A stretch of 64,000 nucleotides of DNA from Oopsacas minuta (taxonomy: Eukaryota > Animalia > Porifera): the NCBI GenBank assembly GCA_024704765.1, contig JAKMXF010000321.1, forward strand, positions 682,001-746,000, given 5' to 3'. Below the pieces are notes generated by a model. The model was not told the origin of the DNA, did no database searches, and saw only the letters and a list, made by a program, of their open reading frames with translations. A program made the position numbers and the translations under genes. Numbering within the stretch: position 1 is the stretch's first letter; each line of letters opens with the position of its first letter. Below are positions 1-11,654 of this stretch, piece after piece.

Positions 1-365
1 GAAATGCAATCAATTAATGTTTTCTTGAACGTAATGAGTGTAATTTTGTATGTACTATACTATTCCCTATTTTCGTTGAAATCTTCATTTCGGGATTACT
101 TTAAATTCCGATTGGACTCAGCCGGAATTTGTTTTTTTGGTTAATTTAGTTTTTGAAATTATGATAGAAAATTTAATTTCGGTTTTGAAATTTACTAATT
201 ACGTTGTTTTGACAAAAATGGTCCCCCTACAAAAATGGCCCGGGGGGACTATTTTTGTCAAATGTCAAATACCCATGGTATTTGACAAAATGGTCCCCCT
301 ACTTTTCTATATAATTGTTAGTTTAGAGAAGAAGGATATGTCTATTACATTTCCAAGAATATCTA

Positions 366-963
366 TTACACTTTAGAGATGGTAGTAAGCACATAAAAAA
401 TACAATTTACACGACCAATAAATTTTCCTAATTTGTCTTTAAGATTGGTTAGTTTGGGCCTTTCCATGCCATCGTAAGAGTACCATCCATCATCCATTTT
501 GACTTTCATGGAAAAATGTATCCCAATATGAATTGTGAACCCGATGAGTGAGTAATACAGCCTTTCATCTTTGTGCACTAGTGATAGAGTGTCAGAAATA
601 TCTTGTGCTTGAACTACCTCATTAAGATGTCCACTTCTATAATCAACAAAGGCACTAGTTCAGTAAACTCATATAACCTTGGCTCAGTGTTGGTGAATGG
701 ATCCCGGCATTTCAAGCAATTGAAACTAGAATCAATTTTAGTATTGATGGAAGATTGGCAGTTGGAGTTGAATGTTGTTAGAGAGGTGAGATTAAGAATT
801 TTTCTGACTCGTAACAACACCCCCAGCACTGAAAAACGATCTTATAGCGGTCTGAACACAAAGAAAATTTCTTACATAAGAGTTGAACTATCTGGCCTTC
901 ATAGCCTAAGAGGTTGTAACTAGAATTTGAGAGCTGGATTCCTAGCATTTGAGCTGTCCACAA
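366..963 (-). pseudogene. Degraded second coding region inside the transposon, possible USP-like cysteine protease C-terminus
   Basis: Fragments CWGC...CLKC (zinc-finger-like) and YYSLIGFTIHIGIHFSMKVKMDDGWYSYDG, which resembles a USP His-box (HxGxHF...W..YD). No clear Cys-box found. Confidence 0.4.
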
Positions 964-1713
964 CCTTAGACTATTAAACTGATGAGCTCGTATTAAAGAA
1001 AGGCTTTCTGGAGTAGTGAGTTAGGAGAAGATTGAATCTTCAGAAATGTAGTGTCAAATGTCTTTTGATGTAAACTGAGTAATGTAATGATATTGTCTTC
1101 CATCACAAAGTCCTCCCCAAGTAGCAGTAGAGTCCTCTAGAGAGTATCCTGAATCTACAGCAGTGTTTAGTCAAGTAGATAGATTTTCTAAGGTATGATA
1201 GTTTATTATTTACTCGTTTAAACCGGCTGCAATACTTTCGTAGAGTAATTCATACTTTTCTATTGCCAGTAAGTAGAAATTTGAAATCTTCATCAGTGTA
1301 CTGGTAATAAGGAATCGCGATTTCATGACTCTCTAAGTACCACTGACTTAGTACGTATATCGCCCATTTTCTGACTTGTATCAAAGTCCATTAGTCTCAA
1401 TTCTGGAATTTCAGTTGGTGGAAAATGTTCTTGTCGCCAGTCAAGAGTTCGCGGAAAGGAAGGTCTACCCTTTTATCAAGTTCGCTGTGAAGGTTGGAGA
1501 GTGGGTTTCCAGAGGTAATGGAGTCTTGTATTTGACCTTTCATTGAGTTAAGAAATTCAAACACTTCTTCTCTTGTTTTTCTAGTGGTGTTGGTCTGAAA
1601 GATTTATTCTTCAGCACCTCTAAAAGGAGATGATGGAATTAGGATATCTTCAGAGAAAGAACCATCATTACTGAGGCTATTCAAACTCTGAAATTTACTT
1701 GGCGGAGTTTCTC

Positions 1714-1714
<1 letters not shown>

Positions 1715-1747
<33 letters not shown>
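1715..1747. repeat. (GTT)11 microsatellite
   Basis: Eleven perfect GTT units directly after the integrase stop codon. Confidence 0.95.
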
Positions 1748-1753
1748 CCGTCT

Positions 1754-3001
1754 TTACAAATGTTTCAGTCTAGATCTCTTAACAAGCTGTAGAGAGTGAT
1801 TTCGAAGTACTTGGACAGTAGTACGGTTGACTTTAGTAACTGGATATGGACCGAGCCATCTATCTTGTAACTTTCCTCCTTTCTTGTTTCGATACATATT
1901 TTCGATCAAAACATTATCTCCATTCTCAATTTTACTAAAGGCGATTGGATGTAATTTCTTGTCGTATTGTTGTTTCATGAGAGTTTGTGAATGTGAGGTG
2001 TTCTCCAGCTTTGTTGCTATTAAACTCTTGGGTTTCCTGCATGAAATCAACGAGTTCTTCAATCTGGTCGTCTCCGGTCCACTCATCTAGAGCTAAGTCT
2101 TCTGGATATTGATGAGTGAAGTTCTGTGCTTGAATAGGAAGTCGAGGTTTTCGTGAACCGTGCATTAGCTCAAAAGCAGAGAAAGATGTAGTTGTTCTTG
2201 CCTGCTATTGATTGCAAAGGTTATTTCTTCAAGGGAATTTGGCCAGTTTTCATGTTTTCATCCAAAGATTTAACCAGAGATCGTTTGATAGCCTTGTGTG
2301 ATGACTCGACTAATCCGTTTGTTTGAGGATGATAGGGTGTTGAGAATATAAGCTTACAGTTATAATCTTCATGCAATGCTTTGGATATTTTATTAGTCTA
2401 TTCTGTTCCGTTGTCATTAATGATTTGAACAAGTGCCCCTTGTCTACAATATATCGATTAAATACCTTTGGAGACCTCTTTAGCTTCTTTAGAGTGTAAT
2501 GGACGAGTTTGAATCCACTTTGGTAAAATGGTCGATTATTTGACAAATATACTTGTAGCCGTTTGATCCAATAAATGGCCCCCCGCTAAGTCCATCCCGA
2601 CTCGATACCAGACCTTGGTGATAATAGGTAAAGGCTTCAATGGATTTGTGGGCGCTTTCAAACTTAGTTGGTTTTTCTGACAACGTATACAAGAGTAAAC
2701 ACATCTTTCGATATCTTTGTACAAGCTTGGCCAATAGTAACGGTCTTTTGAAATATTATAGGAATATCTAGAACATTGGTGACCAGAATTATCGTGTATT
2801 TCCTTGAGGATGTCTTTTAACTCACTGTCTCAGACAACTATTAAACGAATGCCTTGTGATGGTCAAATCAATTTACCTGCTTCAAACTCGTAACTAGCAG
2901 CCTTTTTACGAATCATCCTCTTTTGGTCTTTTTGTACAAGAAATTGGGTATGATTTGGAGTTGATGTAAGTGGAGATTGTTTCATATTCTACTGTATCCA
3001 T
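1754..3001 (-). pseudogene. Integrase-type transposase, frameshifted and with in-frame stops
   Basis: ATG at 3001. Joining frames gives an H2C2 zinc domain (HDNSGH...YYWPSLYKDIERCVYSCIRCQK), a DDE core (VGMDL, IINDNGTE, TPYHPQTNGLVES) and a C-terminal KLQDRWLGPYPV motif of the kind seen in Gypsy/Ginger integrases. Confidence 0.85.
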
Positions 3002-3014
3002 TACTGTAGAAAAG

Positions 3015-3537
3015 TAGGGCCGTAGCTAAGGGGGGCTAGGGGGGGCTGAGCCCCCCCTAGCAAATTTAACCACCCCGTAAATTTTTGCTAAGCTATATTG
3101 ATCTTTACTATCTTAGATCTTAAATATTAGTTAAATCAAGGAAATCTTTGTGAATATGTCAAATTAACTATACATTTTAGTTATCTAATTTGTGTTTGAG
3201 TCTAGATATACGAAAAGATGGAAGTTGAAAAGTTCCTCTTGAAATTTTCTAGGAAGAAGGATAGAAGACTCCTTTTATTTTAGATATTATTTAAATTTAT
3301 GAGATTAAAATAGATTTGTAGTTCATTGGAATATCATAATGTACACGATTACTAAGCGAAACTATAGAATGCCAGAGTTGTCTGAATATTTATGAACTAA
3401 GTAATTTTACCTTCCCCCAGAGTAGCTTGGGAGTTTGGGTATGGGCCTACCCCAAAAATAGATATAAAAATCTTAAGTATCCAAGCCCCCTCTAAAGTTT
3501 ACTTAGCCCCTAACACTACGCTCTGACTACAGCCCTG
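3015..3537. mobile_element. hAT-type MITE nested in the Ginger element
   Basis: Imperfect TIRs TAGGGCCGTAG / rc CAGGGCTGTAG. Exact 8-bp TSD TAGAAAAG at 3007-3014 and 3538-3545. Length 523 bp, non-coding. Confidence 0.85.
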
Positions 3538-4002
3538 TAGAAAAGTAGAACGGATTTTAAGTTAACAACATAGGGATAATTAAATAAAAGCCAAAATTCA
3601 GATCTCATAAGGTTAAGGTAATAATTAGATAAATTAAAACCAGATAAAAACCGGATTACATAGAAAAGTAGGGACCATTGTTGTTAAATACCATGGATAT
3701 TTGACATTTGACAAAAATAGGCCCCCGGGACCATTTTTGTCAAAACAACATGTATAATAAATATTTACGCATATACAACATATTACAAATACAGACTAGC
3801 AAATTTAACTATTTAGTACATTTCTTGTTATGGAATTATTGATGAAGTGGCAATTCTTCAAAGTTGCTTGGTAATTTATAGACAAAATCAAAGGATTATG
3901 GCCTACATAATACTATCATTTGATGTAATTAGCTTAATAATACATCTTAGAAATTATCCAAATTAGCTAGTTTCTCTTCGGCCATTCCGATTCGGGAAAC
4001 AT

Positions 4003-4204
4003 GAATAAGACCGAATAGAATAAGACCGAATGGAATAAGACCGAATCCACCCCATTACCTACTTCATCAATGATATTGAGCGTTTCGCCGGGGCCCCCTT
4101 TAGGGGTGGCGTTACTACTCCTGTAAGGCGTATCTTATTCTATTCGGTCTTATTCCAGTATTGGAAAAATATTTTTTTCACAATGTAAATTCGGTCTTAT
4201 TCAG
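4003..4204. repeat. GAATAAGACCGAAT motif cluster (3 direct, 2 inverted), probable MITE relic
   Basis: Three tandem copies at 4003-4046; reverse-complement copies near 4140-4156 and 4190-4204. Confidence 0.5.
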
Positions 4205-4674
4205 TCAACCCTTCCGATTCTACGAGCATAATATCCTCCAGAACCCTGTCTGGTAATTCAATCCCTGTGTAGTAATATACGTAGTTATATTGCCTATTTG
4301 CTATTTATTACTTCAACACATCCTCAATAATTCGAACGCACTGTTCCACTGCAAAATTATTCGTTCGGATTTGTGAATTTGTTCGGAATAGCGAAATTCA
4401 GTAAGAGGAATACTATTAGATGTAGGAGTATATTTTTTCCAAGTTGTGCTAACGATGAAAAGGGATTGGATAGAATTTGGTCTTTTTGAAAATGTTCGAA
4501 CATTTCCATAGGTTGTATAACCTTCGGGCCGTGTTCGAATTAGCGAGGGTTTACTGTATTGCCAATATGTCATATATGTCATATATGCTAGGGTCTAGGG
4601 ACGATTTAGTATATAATCCTATTAGAGTATGTATTTATCCCATTTTGCGATAATATTAATAATTAGTTAATATT

Positions 4675-4819
4675 ATGGCGGAGAACTTAGATGCAATCGA
4701 TAAAGAATTTATGAAGAATGATCCATACGAAGATTTGAGTGATGTATCAGATAGTGTTTTCATATCTGAAGAGAAATATACTAAATCAGAGACACAAATA
4801 GAGGATGTTATCTCAGAAG
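4675..4819 (+). CDS. Putative first exon of the repeat-prodomain caspase (acidic peptide)
   Basis: ATGG start and an acidic open frame (MAENLDAIDKEF...VISE) ending at a consensus donor GAAG|GTGAGT in phase 1. This is compatible with the phase-1 acceptor at 6156. Extra small exons at 5.3-5.7 kb cannot be excluded. Confidence 0.4.
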
Positions 4820-5798
4820 GTGAGTTGAACATTAATAGAAATTCTAAATACAATTAACATGAATACATCCGGTAACTCGAACCCTCAGGGGAAATCAAAA
4901 TCTGTTCGAGTTAACGGAGCAGTAAGTATTAAAAGTACAAAGAAGCGAATTGAATATCCGTTCGAGCACGGACATGGACGTGACACTCTCATATCACGGT
5001 AGAATATGCCTAATTTGCCATAATTTCTAATTTATTTGGAATTTTGTTTTACTTTTTGTGTCAAAATGCAAAGAAATCTTTTTTGAATAATGTATTTATG
5101 TGGGAATTTCGTTATAGCTTGCTCAATTTCCTTTATAACTATTTATTAGCAAAGAAATTTCTTACAAATACGATTGCTATTAGACGGTTTCCCCTGTATT
5201 ATAAATTTATGATATTGAAGACATCTTGAAATTCGTGAGATTAGTGAGAAATCTTACGATTCGATTGTAAATGTAAGATTTTGTGTTAGTTTTTAATGAA
5301 ATTCTAAGGATACTGTAGTTAATGTAGACCCTAAATCACGACAAGCTCGTGTGAGTTAAGAGCCCTGCAATATATTGTAATATATGCCAATACATATTTC
5401 AGTGCAACGGAAGCTAAAGTCGAACAGACACCATGATGTTTAATTAATAGGCTATTCTGGCGAGAATTTATGTTTACAATCTCTAGTCGGATATCCGGAT
5501 CCGGCAGGTGTAGAGAATGTCTAATCTGGTACAACTCTAGTATCAAGGCATATGTATGGCTTCTCAAATTATGATATGTCATCATTTGATTCCATAATAG
5601 CCTTCTTTGGACGATTTTGTCGATATTTCGAGATCGGTTATAATTATGTTTTACAAAGGATGAATCATCGATTATTGCATGGAGTTAAAGTGAGATGTAA
5701 GTGCTTTTGAAAATTTGAAATGTTGATGGAATTTTAACACATTCCATCGTTGCGTGCGTTGCTATTCAATTAAATCGAGTTATGGTTCTTATAACCGG

Positions 5799-5822
5799 TG
5801 TTCTTATATCCGGCATCTACTG
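5799..5822. mobile_element. Solo TIR end of the Tc1/mariner-pogo-like MITE family seen at 15173
   Basis: TGTTCTTATATCCGGCATCTACTG followed by TA, identical to 15251-15274. Confidence 0.6.
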
Positions 5823-6156
5823 TATCAGAAATTCAGAATACAACTTTTGGTTTATCACTGAATGATATTTAGATCATATTAAGTGGGCTACGATAATATT
5901 CATTAAGATATATGAAAAGCCTCTAAATTGACTGAGCTTGTTTTAGAAATTTATTCTAATTTGGTTTCGGAGTGCGACCTACGAAATTTGTATTTTGCTT
6001 TTGCTTTTTGTTCATAAGGTACCGCATTCCTGGCGCTCGGCATCGGGTTTGAGGTGGCACGAATGCACCACCTTGCGCCACTCTGACAGTGCCCCTGTAT
6101 CAGAGGCTTCAGACCCATGTGTATATTAATTTATATATCACAATTGTTTCTTAAAG

Positions 6157-8349
6157 ATATGTCACAACAAGACGAGCCTACTATAGAGAAGTCTCTTCCA
6201 AATACGCTACAACAAGACGAGCCTACTATAGAGAAGTCTCTTCCAAATACGCTACAACAAGACGAGCCTGCTATAGAGAAGTCTCTTCCAAATACGCTAC
6301 AACAAGACGAGCCTACTATAGAGAAGTCTCTTCCAAATACGCCACAACAAGACGAGCCTACTATAGAGAAGTCTCTTCCAAATACGCCACAACAAGGCGA
6401 GCCTACTATAGAGAAGTCTCTTCCAAATACGCCACAACAAGGCGAGCCTACTATAGAGAAGTCTCTTCAAAATACGCCACAACAAGACGAGCCTACTATA
6501 GAGAAGTCTCTTCCAAATACGCTACAACAAGACGAGCCTACTATAGAGAAGTCTCTTCCAAATACGCCACAACAAGACGAGCCTACTATAGAGAAGTCTC
6601 TTCAAAATACGCCACAAGATAAGCTTCGAAGTAATACTCTTCCAAATACGCTACAACAAGACGAGCCTACTATACAGAAGTCTCTTCAAAATACGCTACA
6701 AGTTAAGCCTCGAAGCAATACTATTCGAAATACGCTACAACAAGACGAGCCTACTAGAAAGATGTCTTTTCAAAATATATTAGAACAAAATCAGTCTACT
6801 CGAAGAGAATCTCTTACATATTTGTCAAAACAAGATGAGGAACGAAAACAGTTTGTTAAAAATCTGTCAAAACAAAGTAAAGAGACTCGAGAAATGATTC
6901 TTGATAGTATGGCACAAGATAATCTTACAAAAATATTCCGGAAAGATATGTTTCAAGATGAAGATACTCGAAAGAAGTTTATGGGAGATATGTCACGAAG
7001 AGCTAAATCTGATAGAAAGACGTTTAATTATAGCATGTCAGAACAAGACGATGCTACTCGTAATAAATTTCTTCAAAATATTTCAAAATATGAGGCTACT
7101 CGGAAAATGTTTTATAGAGATATAAAGGAAGATGAAGTTACTCGCAAGGAGTTTCTTAAAGTTATGTCAGAATTAGATAACACACAAAGTTTGCTTATCA
7201 AATATATATTACAACAAGATGAAGCTACTCGACACATTTTTATGGAAGATTTGTCAAAATTTGATATTCGCGGACTCTATCTTAAAGCTATACTACAACA
7301 AGATGAATCTACTCGAATAATGTTTCTTAACGATTTATCACGACAAGATCCAGCTACTCGGAATGTTTTTCTGGTTGACATATTCGATGATGAGGCTACT
7401 CGATATATGTTTATTAACGATATGTCACGGCGAGCTGAAGATATTATCTTTTATGAAAATGTTTCACGAATAGATCATAATTCCAGAAAGATGGTTTTCA
7501 TAAATAAGACCAAATTTGAATTGACTCGAAGGAAATTGAATTCCGATTTAGTGCAAGATAAAGATATGAAAAAATGCTATATAGGTGATAAGAAACTTTT
7601 CGATAAAACTCGAAAGATGTTGGGTAAACGTGCACGTACTGATATGTCAACAAATGAATTTATTAAGGACATGACAAAATTTGAGGCTACTAGAAAAAGA
7701 TATATTCAGAAAATGTCAAATTTGCCCGACGAGGAGAATCTGTTTGAAACAATGCTACAACAAGATGAAAATAATTTAGAAGTGTTTCTTAACGTTATTT
7801 CTCGACAAGATAAGGAAATCCGAATTAAATTTACTAAAGATACGGCACAACAAGATAAAGCTACAAGAAAGCTTTTTGAAGAAATGGTAAATGAAGCCGA
7901 GATTTGTCGAAAGATGTTTCTTAAAGTAACTGTAAAAGTTGAGGCTAGTTGCGTTAAGTTTATTGAATGTTTGTCACGACAAGATGAGACTAGTAGGAAG
8001 ATGTTGATAAAACAATTATCACTACAAGATAATTTGCCTAATCAGTTTCTTAATGCTCTCTCAAAACACGATGAAGAAACTCTGGGTATGTTTCTTAAAG
8101 ATCTGACACAACAAGTACCAGCCAGTCGAAGGAAGTATTTTAAAGCTATGTCAGAAGATGAGACCATGTTGAAGAAATATATAACTTGTATGTCAGAATA
8201 TGAATCTACTCAAAAGATGTTCCGAAAAGAGATGTCACTATTGCATCCGGCTGCTCGAACGAATTTCAAAGATGCCTTGTTAGCACTTGATAAGGAAATT
8301 CAGGATAAGTTTCCTAGGGATTTGTCAATTCTCGATCCAAATTCTCCAG
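6157..8349 (+). CDS. Repeat-built exon (about 731 aa), probable prodomain of the downstream caspase
   Basis: Long ORF (in-frame ATG at 6159) made of near-identical 15-aa units followed by about 36 degenerate 13-15 aa units (consensus xQDExTRxxFLxxL/M). Acceptor TTTCTTAAAG| at 6156 and donor CCAG|GTAGGT at 8349/8350, both phase 1. Confidence 0.75.
6164..6613 (+). repeat. Coding tandem repeat, 45 bp x10 (QQDEPTIEKSLPNTL/P)
   Basis: 45-bp period read directly; a few point variants (L/P, D/G, P/Q, T/A). Confidence 0.95.
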
Positions 8350-8698
8350 GTAGGTCGTGAGTTCATATTCTAATTAGCATTTACAATATTTTCGATCTAT
8401 CGACGACATAGAAAATACATACTTAATTCAAGGTTGCTACTGAATAGTTCAATATTTGGTTACGGTAACCGAATATTATCAGTATTCGGTAAGACAGCTA
8501 TTCATGAATACTGATATTCAGGTTCGGTCGGTTTCAACCTTGACTAAATCACATGTATTGACACTGAATTCAAACAATTGTAAGTGTCAATGTGAGACAA
8601 TCGTAGTGAATAGCTATTATAGAAATGCCTGAATTTAATCGATTCGCAAGCTTTATACGTATTTTGAAGTGTATAACTCTCATTAACTTTTCTCAGGG

Positions 8699-9024
8699 TA
8701 GGGCTGGATTCGTTAACCGGTTAACCGCAGCTATATCCAGTTAACTGCTAAGGGAAAATATACTTGGTTAACCGAATAGTGTCATTTCCACTAATAAATT
8801 CAGTGTTCCTAAGGTTCTGAGAGGTACGAATTTATACACGAATTCTGATAGGTATTTTGAGATGCTACATTTAGTTCCGTATTCTCAATTTCAATAATTT
8901 TAAGATACAATCGGATCACGAATGCATAAATAAATAACTATGTATTGATAGCTTCAATTGTTGTCATAAAACTTCATTGATTTAAATTAATAATAATAGT
9001 AGCGGTTAACCAACCCCAGCCCTG
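8699..9024. mobile_element. Possible old hAT-like MITE
   Basis: Ends TAGGGCTGG...GGTTAACCGC and rc CAGGGCTGG...GGTTAACCGC. No matching TSD. Confidence 0.35.
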
Positions 9025-9090
9025 CAGTCAGACATTAACAAATTACGATTAGAAATTCGAACTTGTTCAATCTTGGACAAATTTATAAAG

Positions 9091-9993
9091 AGTAGAACTG
9101 TAATAAGAGGTACTCTCTATAGAATAACTGTAATAAGAGGTACTCTCTATAGAATAACTGTAATAAGAGGTACTCCCTATAGAATAACTGTAATAAGAGG
9201 TACTCTCTATAGAATAACTGTAATAAGAGGTACTCTCTATAGAATAACTGTAATAAGAGGTACTCCCTATAGAATAACTGTAATAAGAGGTACTCCCTAT
9301 AGAATAACTGTAATAAGAGGTACTCCCTATAGAATAACTGTAATAAGAGGTACTCTCTATAGAATAACTGTAATAAGAGGTACTCTCTATAGAATAACTG
9401 TAATAAGAGGTACTCCCTATAGAATAACTGTAATAAGAGGTACTCCCTATAGAATAACTGTAATAAGAGGTACTCCCTATAGAATAACTGTAATAAGAGG
9501 TACTCCCTATAGAATAACTGTAATAAGAGGTACTCTCTATAGAATAACTGTAATAAGAGGTACTCCCTATAGAATAACTGTAATAAGAGGTACTCCCTAT
9601 AGAATAACTGTAATAAGAGGTACTCTCTATAGAATAACTGTAATAAGAGGTACTCCCTATAGAATAACTGTAATAAGAGGTACTCCCTATAGAATAACTG
9701 TAATAAGAGGTACTCCCTATAGAATAACTGTAATAAGAGGTACTCCCTATAGAATAACTGGAATAAGAGGTACTCCCTATAGAATAACTGTAATAAGAGG
9801 TACTCCCTATAGAATAACTGTAATAAGAGGTACTCCCTATAGAATAACTGTAATAAGAGGTACTCCCTATAGAATAACTGTAATAAGAGGTACTCCCTAT
9901 AGAATAACTGTAATAAGAGGTACTCCCTATAGAATAACTGGAATAAGAGGTACTCTCTATAGAATTAACTGGAATAAGAGGTACTCCCTATAT
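9091..9993. repeat. 30-bp minisatellite, about 30 copies
   Basis: Unit AGAATAACTGTAATAAGAGGTACTC(T/C)CTAT, head to tail with no spacers. It lies in the predicted caspase intron 8350-10111. Confidence 0.97.
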
Positions 9994-10111
9994 AATTAGT
10001 ACAAAATTGATGATTCTTTTCTGAGAAAAGTACTCTTAAACCGAGGTATACTGTACGTATAAAAATTTTCCATCAGTTCCTTTTCAAACCTGTTTTATAA
10101 TATCTTTATAG

Positions 10112-10872
10112 ACTTCTTGAATTATCCATTCATTGAAGGCAGTAAAGCACAGGGAATTATAATAGTTAACAAGGAATTCAAAGGAAAAAAAAGAAGAAGA
10201 AACGAGGACATCCCGAAGGAGAGAGTAGGAGCTGAAAAAGAAAGAGAATATTTACAAGAGATATACGACAAATTTGACATAGACTATAAAGATAACGATT
10301 ATTTTGATGTGGAAGGAGAAGCAATAGAAAAAAAATTACAACATTTCTCAGATAATGTATCCGATGAGAGTCCAGTCATTTTCATATCCCTTGCTTCCCA
10401 TGGAGGTAGTAAAGGTATTTTGGGTACAGATGGCAGAGGCATACAGATGACAGATATAGTAAAAATCTTTACAGATAATGAAAAACTATTAGGCATTCCG
10501 AAGGTGTTCTTAATACAAGCCTGTAGGGAAAATGCCAAGGATGTCGTGTATGAAACTGAAGATAACAAAGCTATTAAGAAGGGGAAACACGTTACAACTA
10601 AAATTAGTGATGTATTAATCGCATACGCAACTTCAAATGGAACAATAGCATTTCGAGACGAAGAGGGTTCTTGGTTTTTTCGAGAACTTCGTAAATGCGT
10701 TTTAAATGAATCATATAAAAATCGACATTTCCAAGAGTTGTTAACTATTTGTTCAGATCAGTTAATAGATGAGTGTGTGGAAGAAGAAACAAAGAGTGTT
10801 ACAGAGACACCCTCTTATGATTCTACTCTCCGCAAATTCTTGTTGTTCCCTCAGAAACAGAGTCAGGACTAG
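10112..10872 (+). CDS. Caspase catalytic domain (peptidase C14A), terminal exon
   Basis: SHG (catalytic His), PKVFLIQACRE (catalytic Cys), SDVLIAYAT and AFRDEEGSWF. No upstream in-frame ATG, but an acceptor ATCTTTATAG| at 10111 in phase 1. Confidence 0.88.
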
Positions 10873-11654
10873 ATTCTAACAGTTATTTTGTGCCCCGTCT
10901 ATGGATACTTCTAAATATATGAACTAAGCATGATATATATTTATTTGTTGTTGTAGACCGTTCATATATATTTATACATAGTAAATTTGGTATAATTTGT
11001 ATCACAATATTTGAGAATGATGAAAAGTCTCAAATAGTCTAAACGATCATAAACCAGTTGAAATGATCGAATTAGCTCAAAATCATGGATAACTGCAAAC
11101 TCATTTGAATGGTAATTAGTTCGATTAATATCACCACTTCTGTCTTACAGTACGCCATCGGTTATCCGAACTCTTTCGTCTTTAAATTTGAAGATTTTTG
11201 GTGTTCGGATTGATGAAATTGTTCGGAAAACTGAACTAATAGTCAAATTTATTTTGATATGTAATATTCACTGTTTGAGGATATACGAAAATGGTGAAAA
11301 TAAGGATTTTGTAATTGCGAATATTTTATTGCATATTTATGGTAATATTCGGTTAACATCGCCACTTCGTTCGAAAAATTGTCAAAGTAGTCAGAAGCTC
11401 CTTTCTCATACAAAATTTGGACATTTTTTCACAGACTAAATGTAATATGTTTCCTACTGTGTTAGGCCGTGGTGTCGGATATTCCAGGGTATCTGTACCG
11501 TAATCTATATCTATACATTCTATACTATTCTATAGATAGTCTATATACACATTTTATTCATCTAAAAGTAACCATTTAATCAACCCATTTTAAATATGTA
11601 TTAAATATTTAAGATATTTAACATAAATAACAATACAATGTACAAGATATTACA

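Larger units (their letters stand above)
205..3747 (-). mobile_element. Ginger/GIN-like DNA transposon (Gypsy-type integrase with TIRs), decayed
   Basis: Termini TGT...ACA. Outer 21 bp perfect inverted repeat (TGTTTTGACAAAAATGGTCCC) within imperfect TIRs of about 90-110 bp (205-~310, ~3660-3747). Flanks ACGT (201-204) and ACAT (3748-3751) fit a 4-bp TSD with one CpG-type change. Internal integrase remnants; no RT, RNase H or LTR seen. Confidence 0.8.

Noticed and set aside
137-376. 79-aa ORF with repeated KMVPL
   Set aside because: It is a translation of the internally repetitive left TIR of the Ginger-like element.
1754-3001. LTR (Gypsy) retrotransposon
   Set aside because: No gag, protease, RT, RNase H or direct LTRs were seen, and the element is bounded by inverted repeats.
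5300-5700. Cluster of micro-exons between the putative caspase exons 1 and 2
   Set aside because: Several AG/GT pairs exist, but I could not chain them into a single stop-free, phase-consistent path.
6017-6100. tRNA-like or structured RNA in a GC-rich patch
   Set aside because: No cloverleaf, T-loop (TTCRA) or acceptor stem could be drawn; it is more likely a MITE end.
9091-9993. CRISPR array
   Set aside because: The repeats are head to tail with no unique spacers, there are no cas genes, and the context is eukaryotic.
9073-9999. 308-aa ORF (RITVIRGTPY)n as a real protein
   Set aside because: It is the one stop-free plus-strand frame of a 30-bp minisatellite, starts at TTG, and lies in the predicted caspase intron. 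The nearby acceptor (9090) hits a stop in the phase required by the upstream donor.
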